From NCBI GenBank assembly GCA_000697335.1, contig JNEM01013615.1:1-49901 (forward strand): a stretch of 49,901 bases of DNA, read 5' to 3'. Each line of letters opens with the position of its first letter. Positions within the stretch are counted from its first letter, which is position 1. The DNA comes from Conidiobolus incongruus B7586 (taxonomy: Eukaryota). A program made the translations under genes and the position numbers. A model generated the notes under the pieces. It had not been told where the DNA came from and ran no database searches. It worked only from the letters and a program-made list of their open reading frames with translations. Shown in pieces: positions 37,853 through 49,901 of the stretch.

Positions 37853-38239
37853 TTAGGGAAAGGTTATTGTATCATCGGTTAAAGGTGACGAACTCATAAC
37901 AGTATTGAATTGAATATTACGAATACTAATAAATGCAATCAAGCAAGCAATACCTATAATGAATAATAATGCTGCTAAAATGTTGGCTATTCCCCACTTT
38001 TTGTTATATTTTGGACCTTTAGAAAAGCAGACTACAGCGCCAATGAACCAAGTTACTGGAATGAAAAACCCAGCAATAAATAAAATCATTCCGAGCTTCT
38101 TATCAGATTCTGGGTCTTCTACTGTGGTGGGTTCGTACATTCTTCTTTCAATATCATATTGAGGAGGAAGTTCTTGATTGTGGTTTTCGACCTGAGCCTT
38201 TTCAACTAAGTTAGTTGTACTTGAATAGTTGGGATTCAT
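37853..38239 (-). CDS. Small integral membrane protein (128 aa) with N-terminal PPxY motif
   Basis: Likely start at 38239 (ataATG context; TATA-like tatataaa ~70 bp upstream). ELPPQY motif followed by hydrophobic segments LGMILFIAGFFIPVTWFIGAVVCF and WGIANILAALLFIIGIACLIAFISI. Confidence 0.75.
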   Translation of the reverse strand: MNPNYSSTTNLVEKAQVENHNQELPPQYDIERRMYEPTTVEDPESDKKLGMILFIAGFFIPVTWFIGAVVCFSKGPKYNKKWGIANILAALLFIIGIACLIAFISIRNIQFNTVMSSSPLTDDTITFP

Positions 38240-39954
38240 TATGAAATAGCAGTAATAATATAATAAATAAATAATCACTGATAGAGAAATTTTGAGACTT
38301 GACTGATTTATATAGTGCACAAAATTACAAATAAGCATGAAATTAAATTTAAGGCATTACTAAAATTGACATAAGAAATTCACTCTCCCTAATACAAAAA
38401 GGAGGTGCATAATTACTTCATTATAAATCATTGGCTCATTTTGGACTCATAAATTTTGTTGAATTAAATAGATTCATTTATGTTAGTAGTTTATTTATTC
38501 TATTAAAACATTTTGGACTCATTTTTTTCAATTGGTTAAAGGGGTAATTATGTTTCTTTTTAACGTATTTTGATTCTAAAAACAAAGTAACCATGTAAGG
38601 AGTTGATTATATATTCAATATATATATTCATTTTGTTTTAATAATTATCTGGTAGTCTGTGAAGTTAAAAAGTACAATATTTTAATTAATATATTTATTA
38701 TATATTAATTATTATTGAATAACTAATATTTTCGAAAACATCATTTCAAAATGTTATCCTTTTTTACCCAAGCATTACGAGATAAAGATCCTAATATTAC
38801 ATTTGTAAGGTTGATGGATGACCACAAATTTGAAATAAAATCAATTCACTTAAAAATATGTATTCTAATCGAGATTTATTCATAAATTTATAAACATTGC
38901 TTAATCAAAAATAATCTATTATTTCAATTAATATCAGATAATATAACATTTATCAACTGAATATAAGTGATTATAAGTAAGGTATTCTCAATTATTAATA
39001 AGATTTAGAATTCAATTCCGCCAAATATAATACTATTCAGAGTCAGAAAATATATTATAACTAACATTCAAAAATAGATATTTGAAATAATGCGTGCCAA
39101 TATTATAATTTGTATGAATATGTAAATATATCAATACTAAAAATATCATAAAATCGATTTTATATGACAATGTAATATTTTTCAAAAATGGACTTACTTA
39201 AAATCACCTATTTTAACAAATAATTGATGCATATTTTAATAAAATGGGAATAAATATAAAAATAAACTTTTGTCACACTTTCATAATGTTTAATATTATG
39301 CTATGATTGTTTACAAAATTTTCTAATAAAATTTCATAAGTATTCAAAGAGTGAAGAATTTGGTATTTAGAAAATATTTTTGAAATATACCATTAGTCTT
39401 ATATAGAATACTTTAATGATGATTTAAAAATAATGGATACTAGCTAAGGAACTTGCTTGAAATATATTTAATGATAATCTTTATGATCGATATGTTTACA
39501 TTGCATTATGTTGTTGTTAATTTATTTTTACATTATGATATTGAAAAATAATTAATACTTAATAGATAATTAATATCATATATTAAGATATATTGGATGC
39601 ATTTCATTTCATTATATCACTTATTATCTTGTATTGAAAATAGAGTATATAGACACCTTGACTAAATTTATTTTTAAACCAGCAGGACAAAAAATTATAT
39701 ATACGAATATGAATATTAAAAATACTAAAAAGTGAAAGAATGATTTAAATGTTTGGATTTAAAAATATAATACTCTCATCCAGGTCTGATATTATGGAAA
39801 ATATATAATCAAATTTAATAAATGTTATCAATTGAAATAGGGTATGATTAATTGATTTATGTTAATTATTTAAAAGATAATAATATTATTGTCAAATGGG
39901 TAAAAATATGAGTGAAAGAAAGATATAATGAGCAAGAAAAATTTTTAAAAAATA

Positions 39955-40035
39955 CGACAAGAGCAGGATTTGAACCTACGCGGGAAATCCCATGTGCTTT
40001 CTAGGCACACGCCTTAACCACTCGGCCATCTTGTC
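39955..40035 (-). tRNA. tRNA-Ser(AGA), no intron
   Basis: Minus strand GACAAGATGGCCGAGTGGTTAAGGCGTGTGCCTAGAAAGCACATGGGATTTCCCGCGTAGGTTCAAATCCTGCTCTTGTCG; stem TGTGC/GCACA, loop CT-AGA-AA, long variable arm, discriminator G. Confidence 0.95.
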
Positions 40036-40445
40036 CTGGTGATTTCGTGACAATTGCTGGCTGATTGATACCTTTTCTCACTCAAATTCACTATCAAGTT
40101 TCTGATTAACCAAATAGGCCTTATCAACATTTTACCAGTCCACATTCGAGCAATCTCACTGTTACTCAGCTGTTACATACTTATGCCTATATATTTCACT
40201 TAGTTATAAGAAGGATTCTGCTATCTTCTCTTGCCTTTTGGCTAAGATCAAATATAGAATGACTCTTCTCTTCCTCTTTTTCTCTCTTTTACCTCTCTCT
40301 TTTTTACAAAAATACACCATTTTCCTACTTCCAAAAACACCCCTTTTAGTATACTCAAGTAGCTGCCTATAGTTCCACTTGAGTCATCTTCCATTATCCA
40401 TTTACACTCGTTCCCATTGATATTTTGTGATTCTGTCCCCTTAAC

Positions 40446-40694
40446 ATGTCGGATCCTAACGCTGCCACTGTTGCTGCTGGTCTAGTCGCTCTTTACAACA
40501 CCCCGTTTACAAATGATCATGGCCGGATAGCCAGGGAACTGATCATCGGTAGTTTACCACAGCTGGTAGACGCCATGCTTCATAATCTGGCCTACAGGAT
40601 GGTTGTGTCAATGTCCTCGATGACGTTCCAAGACCTAATAACCGCGACAGATTTCTACTTTAATCTAGATGAGAATAATATTAATTTGAATTGA
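40446..40694 (+). CDS. Orphan 82-aa ORF in a GC-richer island; possibly a truncated mobile-element ORF
   Basis: Coding-like GC and protein-like composition for ~73 codons, then an abrupt return to AT-rich sequence; no recognised motif. Confidence 0.35.
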   Translation: MSDPNAATVAAGLVALYNTPFTNDHGRIARELIIGSLPQLVDAMLHNLAYRMVVSMSSMTFQDLITATDFYFNLDENNINLN

Positions 40695-42601
40695 GATTTT
40701 TAAATATTGTTTGTGTATAATATAATTATTAATAATGCCAATCAATCGATATAATATTATGGCATTTTTCTCTTTTTCATAATCAAATAATATAATCTTG
40801 GCAAATGTAAATTTGTAATTAATATTTTCCACCTTTTTATACGATCATATTTTAATATATATTAATATTATAAAATTTATTAAAATATTGAACCTTTGAT
40901 TATCGAAAATGAACATAATAATATTAAATCAAAGCAACTAACAATAATTATTAATAGCCATTATTTATTAATTAAATCATAAGAATTAAAATTTCTAATT
41001 CTCAAAAGTATTATATTTTAATAAATCTAATTTAAGTATTGTTTAATCATGATTAAATATTTGTGACTATTAGATTATTAAAACCAATAATAATTAAATT
41101 TTAAACTTCAAATAAATATAAGAAAAGATATTTTGTGTTCTCAAATTATATATATAATTGGAAATATTGATTGTTGTATTAGCTAATAAATTCAGAGAGA
41201 AGCCAGAGCAATTGTTAACAACTTTGAAACTAGAATATAATCCAGATTCAAAGTATTTTGTTAGTTAGATTCATCTATATTCGTTATTTATTGAATTTCA
41301 TTGCTTATATATACTTTTACCTTAAAAATATACTGAAGATCAATTAAATTAAAAAGTATACTTATTAATCATAGTATTGATAGGAATTAAATCAATGAAA
41401 AAGATTTCGAGGGAGTTAAAACAAAAATAGGATATTTAGAGTCGATAAAACAGGCATATCTATTCTTGCTGAACAGCTTTATATCATACTGGATGAACAG
41501 AATCTAATGGGAATTCGATTGGAGATATTTTATTAAGGTATACCACTTGTTTAAAGATAGGTATTAAAGAGTTAGCCAATTTTATTGATAAATTTTAAAG
41601 TCTAAATTTATTTTTCTCTGAACAGGACGATGGTTTGAAATTGAAGAGATATACATTACAATCACATGTAGCCATTCAATTCCTTATGGATTAATATTTA
41701 TAAAATTATTTAGAAGTTAATATCCCTAGCTATTACTAATAACAATTTAATTATATTTGTTTTTTTTTCTTGAAACTGAAAGAATTTTGTCACTAATATA
41801 TTTTTCAATTTTTTATATCAATCAACTAAAAAGGATGCTATTGAAATATCTCATCTTAACTGTTTAGCTGAAAATTTCAATATACTTGAATAATGATATA
41901 TTATAACTTTCAATTTTATGTATTCTTCCAATTAGTTTGATACTAAAAATATTTTAATAAATAAATATTTATGGTATAGATTTCAAATTAACATTCTCAT
42001 AAAATTTAAATTTAGCTAATCATCATCTAATCAGATATAACAATTTTATATGAATATATAAATATATAAATATATAAATATTATTAATATTTATTAATCT
42101 CGATATTATGGATCACATTTTACCATATTTTTAATATTAAAATTGCTGTAGTAATACTGAATAAATTAAATGATGTTTAAAAATCATAATATATTTTGAT
42201 ATAAATTTGATTATCATTAGTTAAAAATGAGAGGTCAAATATAGATTTATTATTGAAATAATTTTATAGGCTAAATTCAATTAATTTCGTTTTAAAAATT
42301 TCATTTGTCACAATTTGTTGTGATATTCCGAAATTTAGTTTGAAATTCCTAAAATAGATAATAATAATAATAATAATATAGTTTAAAGTCAATAAAATAG
42401 TGGTTGCGTAGTGAAAAAATTTTGCCAATTTAGGTTAACCCGGAGCTTAATAGTTGGCAAAACTAACAATTTTTTGACAATTTAACAAGTTTATTAAGGA
42501 TTTAATTATATTCAATTTTTCTTAAGTTGACAACTCTTTTATCAACAACCCTTTTTAATATTCAGAATATTAAATAATAATATTGAAAGTATATATAAAT
42601 A

Positions 42602-43367
42602 ATGAAAATCTATTCTTTGGCTATTTATAATAATTCTTCTAAACCTGCTAAAACATTATGTTTTGAATCCGATTTGTCTAGTTTTCGATTCTTTGAGAGA
42701 GGAAGGTAATGAAATTTATATAGCTAAAGAAAACCTTAAATACTTATTTATTCAATAATCAGTGTAAAAGAATTTATTTCTTTCTTCGGTACTACTGTTG
42801 CTGAACGTACTCAAGCTGGGCAACGCCAATCAGTTGAACAAGAGAGTAAATTGAATAATTCATCAATAATATTTTTTTCATCCCAACATTTTTCACTATA
42901 GATATGTTTGGACATGTCCACGCTCGTCCCGAAGGCATTGTTACTGTAATGGTCACAGACCAAGAATATCCCAGCAGAGTTGCCTTTTGTTTATTAAATA
43001 AACTTGGCGATGACTTCATCTCACAAATTCCCAAGTCTCAATGGGAACAAACTGTTACCTTCCCAGCTCTACAAGATTATTTAAACAAGTATCAAGATCC
43101 CCAACAAGCTGACCCTATTCTAAGAGTCCAAAAGGAACTTGACGAAACTAGAATTGTTATGGTAACTAGAGTTCAATATTCATTTCGTTTTATATCAAAT
43201 TTAATAATTAAATTAAAATCTTATTTTAGCACCGCACCATAGAATCTGTATTGGAAAGAGGTGAAAAATTAGATAATTTAGTGAGTCGCTCCGAGCAATT
43301 ATCTGCGCAATCCAAGATGTTTTATACCTCCGCCAAGAAAACTAACTCTTGTTGTAGGGTTATGTAA
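42602..43367 (+). CDS. YKT6: Prenylated longin R-SNARE Ykt6; 4 exons (42602-42705, 42763-42845, 42902-43161, 43230-43367)
   Basis: MKIYSL...[16 protein letters not shown]...[12 protein letters not shown]...[11 protein letters not shown]...[42 protein letters not shown]...[18 protein letters not shown] (CCaaX). Confidence 0.96.
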
Positions 43368-43946
43368 ATTGTATTAGCCCTGTAAATATCACACGAAAGC
43401 GTATTTTTCCTTTTAAAATCTCACACTTACATCCCTTCTTCCTTTCAGTAGTCCTAGTTTAATATGTAAAGATTATAACTCTATTTGATTAAATTATCAT
43501 CTTTGTATGTTTATAATTATTGATTCGGATTTTTACACAATTTAATATTTTTATATATCCAAGTTATTGATCTTTATACATTCAATTTATTTTTCAGTAT
43601 ATAATACCATTATACTTCGATTTATCATCAAATTAATTGATATTAATATTGAATTCATTATTAAATATATTGAATGTCTAATTAACAATTTTGAAATAGT
43701 ATTTCTACTCTGGAACTAGATATATTATCAAATATAGCATGTTAAATTTTATTAATAATATTGAATTTGTTACAATCATTAGCTATGGGTAATAAAGATT
43801 CACTGGTTATTTCATTATTGTGCTTATTGTATATAATTAGCATTCAATATATAAACTAAAACTACTAATTGAAAATTAGTTTTAAAATTATATTTTTACA
43901 TTAATTACATAATTTATTGGAAACAAATCTGAACAATTATATATCT

Positions 43947-44609
43947 CTATCGCTTTAAAATTCCAATACAACATTCCTTTAACAAACTATCTACGCTCAC
44001 CCAAGCATGTGTTTTATCTAATATTCAATTTAAATCAGTATAAAATAAAAAGAGTAATTGAGATTTAGGCTTACAAAACAACTCAGTACAATCCTTACCA
44101 GCTCCTCGCATTAGTTGTTTTACACCTATTTAACCAATTAAATTAATATTTATGAATAATTCATAAATATCTTGATATACCTCCAGGATGAAATTTCAAA
44201 TAATGAGTAATATTATACACCTTATTATCTATAGCACACCAAGCATCGTCAAGTGATTTATGTTCCTTTAACTCTTCAAGTGTAATTAATCGAAATTCAG
44301 GTACACCCTAAATTAAGCTAATAAATCATTGCTGAATAATCTATATATAATTTTTATTACCCTTAAATCCTGACCCGAAGTAGTTAATTTGATCCAGTCC
44401 ATGTGGGAGTAACCTGATTCCAAAGCTACTTTATTTCGAAATTTCCCGCTCTTATTGGGGCTTGAAGCCATTTGAGGACCATTAGGTAAAGGGAATACAC
44501 CCATATCTATTCATTTGTTGTTCATATTGATATCAATTTGAAAATAATATTAGGTTTAATTACTTTGAGATACATTTCTATAAGGTGATAAATGATTATT
44601 ATCTGACAT
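43947..44609 (-). CDS. Soluble cytochrome b5-like heme protein (Irc21/CYB5R4 b5-domain type); 5 exons (44564-44609, 44361-44506, 44181-44307, 44075-44125, 43947-44017), 146 aa
   Basis: RNKVALESGYSHMDW, ITLEELKEHKSLDDAW, VYNITHYLKFHPGG, AGKDCTELFYKTHAWV: both axial His present, no TM tail. Confidence 0.9.
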
Positions 44610-45525
44610 GATTAATATTAATTTTAATATTATTTTTATTTTAAATTGAGTTTTTGTTGGAATTAAATATGATTCAAAATTATATTACTAATCAAATTAT
44701 ATTAAAATTATATGGGTTGATTTTTTAATTGATAAAATCAATCTAATCAAATTCATTTAAAAATATTTTTTATTAATGAAAATTTATAATACAATATAAA
44801 AAATAACGTTCACTTTATATTTCTGAAATAGTTTTATATTCATATTAGTCAACTTAATATTGTTTATAAGATATTTTTATTTAATAATATAAATTTAAAT
44901 ATCAAAATATTGATTAATTTTTGAATCTAAAATCTATTTATAACTTATTATGTTCTGAATATATTGGTATATTCAAGTTATAATATTATTAATGTCTACT
45001 GGACCGTTTGAAAGGTATCAAATGAGTAATGTAAGTTACAACATTAGGTCGCATTATTTGGCTACTGGTATTAAATTAAAAATTCAGCATATCACTTCTA
45101 GTTTAAAAGTCTAATAATTTTAAAATTTAATTATTTTCATTATAAAATAACGTCTAGAGTCAAAATTCCATTATCATATGTCTAATACATACTGGATCAA
45201 TATAAAAAACTCGAAATATTTTTTATAAATCATTATTTTGTTTTTATTATGCATATTATATATCGATTAAATTCCGCATTATTAGAAGCTATTTTTACCA
45301 TTCCTTTCAAATAACAAAAACAATCACAATTATATGAAACAAAATCGCAGTACAAATCCAATTGTTGATTTCAATTATTTCAATTTTCCAAAAATACTGA
45401 TATTGATCCAAAAGAGTCTACAATATAAAATCAACTACTCTCTCAATAAACCATCACCATTTAAGCTCTTGATTGTAATTAATAGTATATAAAGTTAGAT
45501 AATTGTATTATAATTTAATTTAATA

Positions 45526-46209
45526 ATGCTCACTATCAAGACACTTTTATTTCAACTCTGGTTGCTATTATTTTTAAACTCTGTTATTTCTCAAAAGGAG
45601 TCTTCTTCCTCTTCCTTAACAGAAACAAAACCTGATCCAAGTCCTACTCCAATTCCTCAGGAAAAAAATAATGATAATAAGGATAACAAGGATAACAAAA
45701 ATAAGGATGAAAAACCCAAGGGTAAACCCAAATCACAAGCAAGTATCAAATTAGTCACACCTCAGCGTACAGAGCATGCCCCAATTTCGATCGCAATTGG
45801 ATCTACTGTAGAGTTTAAATGGGAATGGGTAGTTAAGCCAAGTGTTGAAATCGGTGGCTTCAGCATTATTGCTATTAGAAACGCACCCCACGCTGTGATC
45901 TATCCCATCGCTACCAATCTCTCAGCATCCACCTTCTCATACTCCTGGAACACTGATGAATATAATAGCAATCCCGATAATCAGAACCAGTTGATTCCTG
46001 AAAACAATTACAAATTATACATCTTCGACTCCAATCATGATTACAAATTTGCTGCTAAATTCGGTGAGTTAATACCCTATTCCACTCAAATGGCCATGTA
46101 TAAGAGTCAAACTCCATCCACAAAGTATAATTTTAGTGAAGCTAAATTATCGAATTCTTATAATTTATTTATTCTGAATATTTTAATATTACTCTATTTA
46201 ATTAATTAA
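45526..46209 (+). CDS. Secreted/GPI-type cell-surface protein, paralog of 22642-23322, with K/D/N-rich linker
   Basis: Signal peptide, (NKD)n low-complexity linker, conserved core shared with 22642-23322, hydrophobic C-terminus; TATA tatataaa at ~45487. Confidence 0.8.
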   Translation: MLTIKTLLFQLWLLLFLNSVISQKESSSSSLTETKPDPSPTPIPQEKNNDNKDNKDNKNKDEKPKGKPKSQASIKLVTPQRTEHAPISIAIGSTVEFKWEWVVKPSVEIGGFSIIAIRNAPHAVIYPIATNLSASTFSYSWNTDEYNSNPDNQNQLIPENNYKLYIFDSNHDYKFAAKFGELIPYSTQMAMYKSQTPSTKYNFSEAKLSNSYNLFILNILILLYLIN

Positions 46210-47297
46210 AAAAGCATTATTAGTTATTTAATTGATATTAAAATATCGTTTTTAATTTATAATTTATAATGTATTTATATAATATATTACTATCACTAAT
46301 AGTATACTATTAATATTAATTAAAAATAATGATTTTGATATAGGATATTGTATAATTAATTGTATAGTATGCTAAAATAGTCCTATTTGCAATCAAATTA
46401 AAATATTTAATCATTTTTTTCATAAAATTTTAAAATCTATTCATTGCATATTTCTCATTATATACATAAAATGTATTCAAAAAATATCTTATTTTATAAT
46501 ACTATTTCTGTTACAGCAAAGTTTTGCAATAATTGGTTAAAAAATTGCATTATATAAATTGGTAAATTTGAAAAGAGTATTATAAACATTTTCGACTATT
46601 TCATTATATAAAAATTACTTTAACATGTTACATTATAAATTATCATTTAATTGATTAATTATATGAGAACAAAATCTTTTATAATTAAAATTTCAAAATT
46701 TAAGATATGAATTGTGCAATCATTATAAAACAGATGTAATTTCTGAAATAATATTATTTTATAAGATATTTGGGATATATATAAATATATAATACATTAC
46801 TAGATAAATTGATCAATATTAACTATGAACAATATATATTCTCCAAAATTTTACAAAGTATTTTTTCATTCAACTTATTTTGAATTATAATGATATATTA
46901 AGAGAATAAGTATATCATTTTATAATATAATCTAAAGTATATTTTTAGAGATGTATAAATTATAATCATTTAATTTTATTTCTATAATTAATGCTTATTT
47001 TAATAATTAAAAGTATTGAATAAAGATCAATTATATAAGCTGATAACTTTTTTGTTATCAGAGTACTTAGAGAACACAAAATCATTCATTATATCTTGTT
47101 TTATTTTAAATATCATTATTTGACTAAAATTGATTTTTTATAATTTAAAATTGATAATATCACTAAGTACCTAATGATAATTAATAATTTCACCAAATAA
47201 TATTAAAATATCTTGATATATATATGGATTTTTTGAATATATATTAATTAAAATTTTTGATCATAATTTATTACTTATTAAAAGTTTAAAAATATTT

Positions 47298-47300
<3 letters not shown>

Positions 47301-47337
<37 letters not shown>
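47301..47337. repeat. (TA)n microsatellite
   Basis: Uninterrupted TA run of ~37 bp. Confidence 0.9.
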
Positions 47338-47339
<2 letters not shown>

Positions 47340-48351
47340 CAATTTTTATAATTCAATGTAGAACAATTATAATATAATAAATAATAAAAAATTCAAGATC
47401 ATTTTTAAATCAATATTATAATTAATATATATTTTAAATGCTAAATATATCTATTAATATCAAATAATTAATTAGAAACTAATTCCAAAATGCTCTCATG
47501 TCTAATAGAATTGATTTAATATTAAATCTATTGAAATTATTTAATATAAAATAATTTTGTAAAAATTCAATAAACCACATAAATATTAGCAACTCTAATG
47601 ATAATGGAAGTATTTCTGAATTAGTAGTAATAGTTATTATACAAGATGACTATGGGTAGTAAGTTATTGGATATTTAGAATTAATATGAATTATACTAAT
47701 GTAATTATATATTTAGGATTTTACTATTAATTTAAAATATACTCAAATCTAATAATTATAAAATTAGATCCATGACACTAATATATTATTAATTCAGGTA
47801 AAGAATTTAATATCAATTTAATGACAAATTGTAAATGATTAATCAATTAGTGTCAATAACCCTTATAATAAATTTGATGCAATGGATTGATAATAAAGAA
47901 CAATCTATTTTTCCTGATATCAAAGGTATACTTATCATATTAATGTTAAAATTGAAATATAGTGAAATTTTAATATCTATATTATTATAAATATTGATGA
48001 TTAATAATCTTAAAAGCTGTTACAGTTTAAATATTAAATACCCATCAATTTGAATCTTTTAAGCAAATGAATGAATTAAAATTAATAAAAATAATTACAA
48101 GGAAGAATTGTTTATAAATCATCTGGAAGCTAAAGAAATTTGATTCTAGAAGTATTGCATAGGTGTAATTAGTATAATTATTCTTATATTTTTATTATTA
48201 TTCTGATTTATCAATATCTATAACTATAGTATGAATGCTAGATTCAAATTAATTAAAATTTCCAGTATAATAACACAATTCATAATGTTTATACAGATTT
48301 GGAGTTGCAATGATATAAACCTGAAATATATTCCTAAAGTTCTCTGCCATC

Positions 48352-48964
48352 ATGAATATATTCTATCAATATTCTCTATTTTTGATATTGGAATGTAAGA
48401 TGAACTGTTATCTTGAAAATGACTTTTATTACCTTGATTCAATTGATTAAATATAGAGAAAGCTAATAACAATACATCTTCGAAATATAAGCCGCTTTTA
48501 GCTATTAATATCCCTAGTTTTCTATAGCAATCACTTTTCCTACAAGAGCCCAGTATTTTCCAATCATGGTTATATTAGAAACTAAGGTAAAACCTGATGT
48601 TCCAGTGGCTAGCTGATATGATATGGCCATATGGCAAGTTCCTCAAAGACCTCTTATTACATTGATCAAAATATCTGCTGATTTATTTAGCCATTAATAG
48701 GATCTTGTGGCATTCAACAAAAATCTCGAGAATAAACATAAATTAATGATGATAATCAACATGAATTATATATTTGATATTGATCATACATATTGCTATG
48801 ATACTAAATATTATAAATTATTGTCTTGTATGGTAGTATTTGCATCTTAAAAAAGTCATGTACCAAAAAATGCTTTTAGTTTTGGTTCTGAATTTAATTT
48901 TTTGTTTTACTTATTATTCAGATCATTTGTAATTTTATTTAACAGATATAAAAGTATTTATTAG
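48352..48964 (+). pseudogene. Decayed third paralog of the secreted/GPI-type family (22642-23322, 45526-46209)
   Basis: From 48524: IAITFPTRAQYFPIMVILETK-VKPDVPVAS*YDMAIWQVP...ISADLFSH**DLVAFNKNLENKHKL...YIFDIDHTYCY...FAS*KSHVPKNAFSFG, colinear with LTLVSPQRTQYAPIMIAIGST...VKPTVPVTGFSIIAI...LSADTFSYSWNTQDYNNNPNNTNTL...YIFNSNHTYNY...MALYNSVTPSTRFNF. Stops at 48614, 48695, 48698. Confidence 0.75.
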
Positions 48965-49901
48965 ATGACTGCACCAAACTTCTAATAGCAACCATTTAAT
49001 TTGAAGCTAAATTTACTCCAAAGATTAATCTATAACTTAATAAATTCCCTAACTTATGCTCTCACTAGATACTATTAATAATAATATATATAGTGAATTA
49101 AAGTAAATTTGATTTATTTAATGATATATGATATTAATTAATTTCATAATAGTAAACATAAATTGTAATAAGTGGTATTTTTTATAAGTGAAAATTAATG
49201 TGATATTGGGTAAAGACTTTAGCCAATACTAGAAATTTTAATGAATGTAATAATTTTCCTTAAACTCAGATATCACGATCTTTAACAAAAAAATATTACC
49301 AATAATTAGCTAATAATATTATAATTTCAATGATAAGAAAAATGATGGAAATAGTAAGTTAAATGAATTGAACGATGCGAGATAAAAGTATATGAGCTCC
49401 CATACGTTAACCCAGTATATACTCAAATTTTGAAATTTACTATTTATAAATGGGATTCAAACTATTCGATAAAATTATAAAAGTTTAAGATATAGGTTTA
49501 AATGAAAATTATCAATCATATATTTATTATTAAAAAATAGTTCATATATTCTATACAATAATATCTATTAGAGAGAATAAGATATTTACAATTTTCTATT
49601 ACAGATTCCAAATCATCAAAACTACAGCTTATCTGAGTTAATAAGTAAACTTGTATTTCTGGAATGAAATATCTAAACAAATTAATTCCATATATTTTAT
49701 ATATTATATGAAACTTGAGAATTTTATAAAAAAAATTTTTAAAATTAATATAAAATAAAAGAATATAAATTAAGTTTAAAAAATATATTTATATATTAAT
49801 TGATTAAAAGTAATTAAAAAAATTTTTTTGGTATATTAAAATATAATATATATTTAAATAAACTTACTATAAATTAATTTAAGAAATTTACTTATTGATA
49901 T

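Noticed and set aside
39955..40035. Reading the tRNA as Leu(TAG) or a CTA suppressor
   Set aside because: The 5-bp stem TGTGC/GCACA fixes loop CTAGAAA with anticodon AGA; discriminator G fits Ser.
4930..44609. Functional DNA-damage cluster (BRCT kinase, SMC5, Irc21-like b5)
   Set aside because: Genes are tens of kb apart among unrelated housekeeping genes, and SMC5 is dead; co-location is most simply chance.
47490..48170. Possible spliced gene remnant
   Set aside because: Some GT/AG-bounded segments, but no consistent frame or recognisable motif.
1..49901. CRISPR arrays, rRNA or prokaryotic defence/operon systems
   Set aside because: Eukaryotic intron-containing genes throughout; no regularly spaced repeats or rRNA-like sequence seen.

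Overview
Very AT-rich, intron-dense eukaryotic DNA from a fungus. The short GT-AG introns, VTC4, Ssk2-type MAPKKK, F-BAR/RhoGAP and metazoan-like TFB1M suggest an early-diverging lineage (inference). Intact genes read by hand: Ssk2/Win1-family MAPKKK, RPB10, a 10-exon TFB1M/KsgA-like methyltransferase, VTC4, an 8-exon F-BAR-RhoGAP, NIP7, YKT6, an IRC21-like cytochrome b5, two paralogous secreted/GPI-type proteins, a small PPxY membrane protein and a small RVxF-motif protein. Three intron-less tRNAs (Lys-TTT, Leu-CAA, Ser-AGA) lie on the minus strand. Decayed material includes a full-length SMC5 pseudogene, a C2-domain pseudogene, a third dead copy of the secreted family, a probable solo LTR and an inverted pair of extremely AT-eroded repeats with faint Ty3/gypsy pol character. 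Highlights missed by the ORF track: (1) two upstream exons splice a BRCT-like domain in frame onto the stress MAPKKK; (2) an oriented promoter element (TAATCCCATAAA core) about 80-120 bp upstream of several gene-expression genes; (3) C>T/G>A-biased erosion of duplicated sequences. No database searches were run; family calls rest on recognised motifs.
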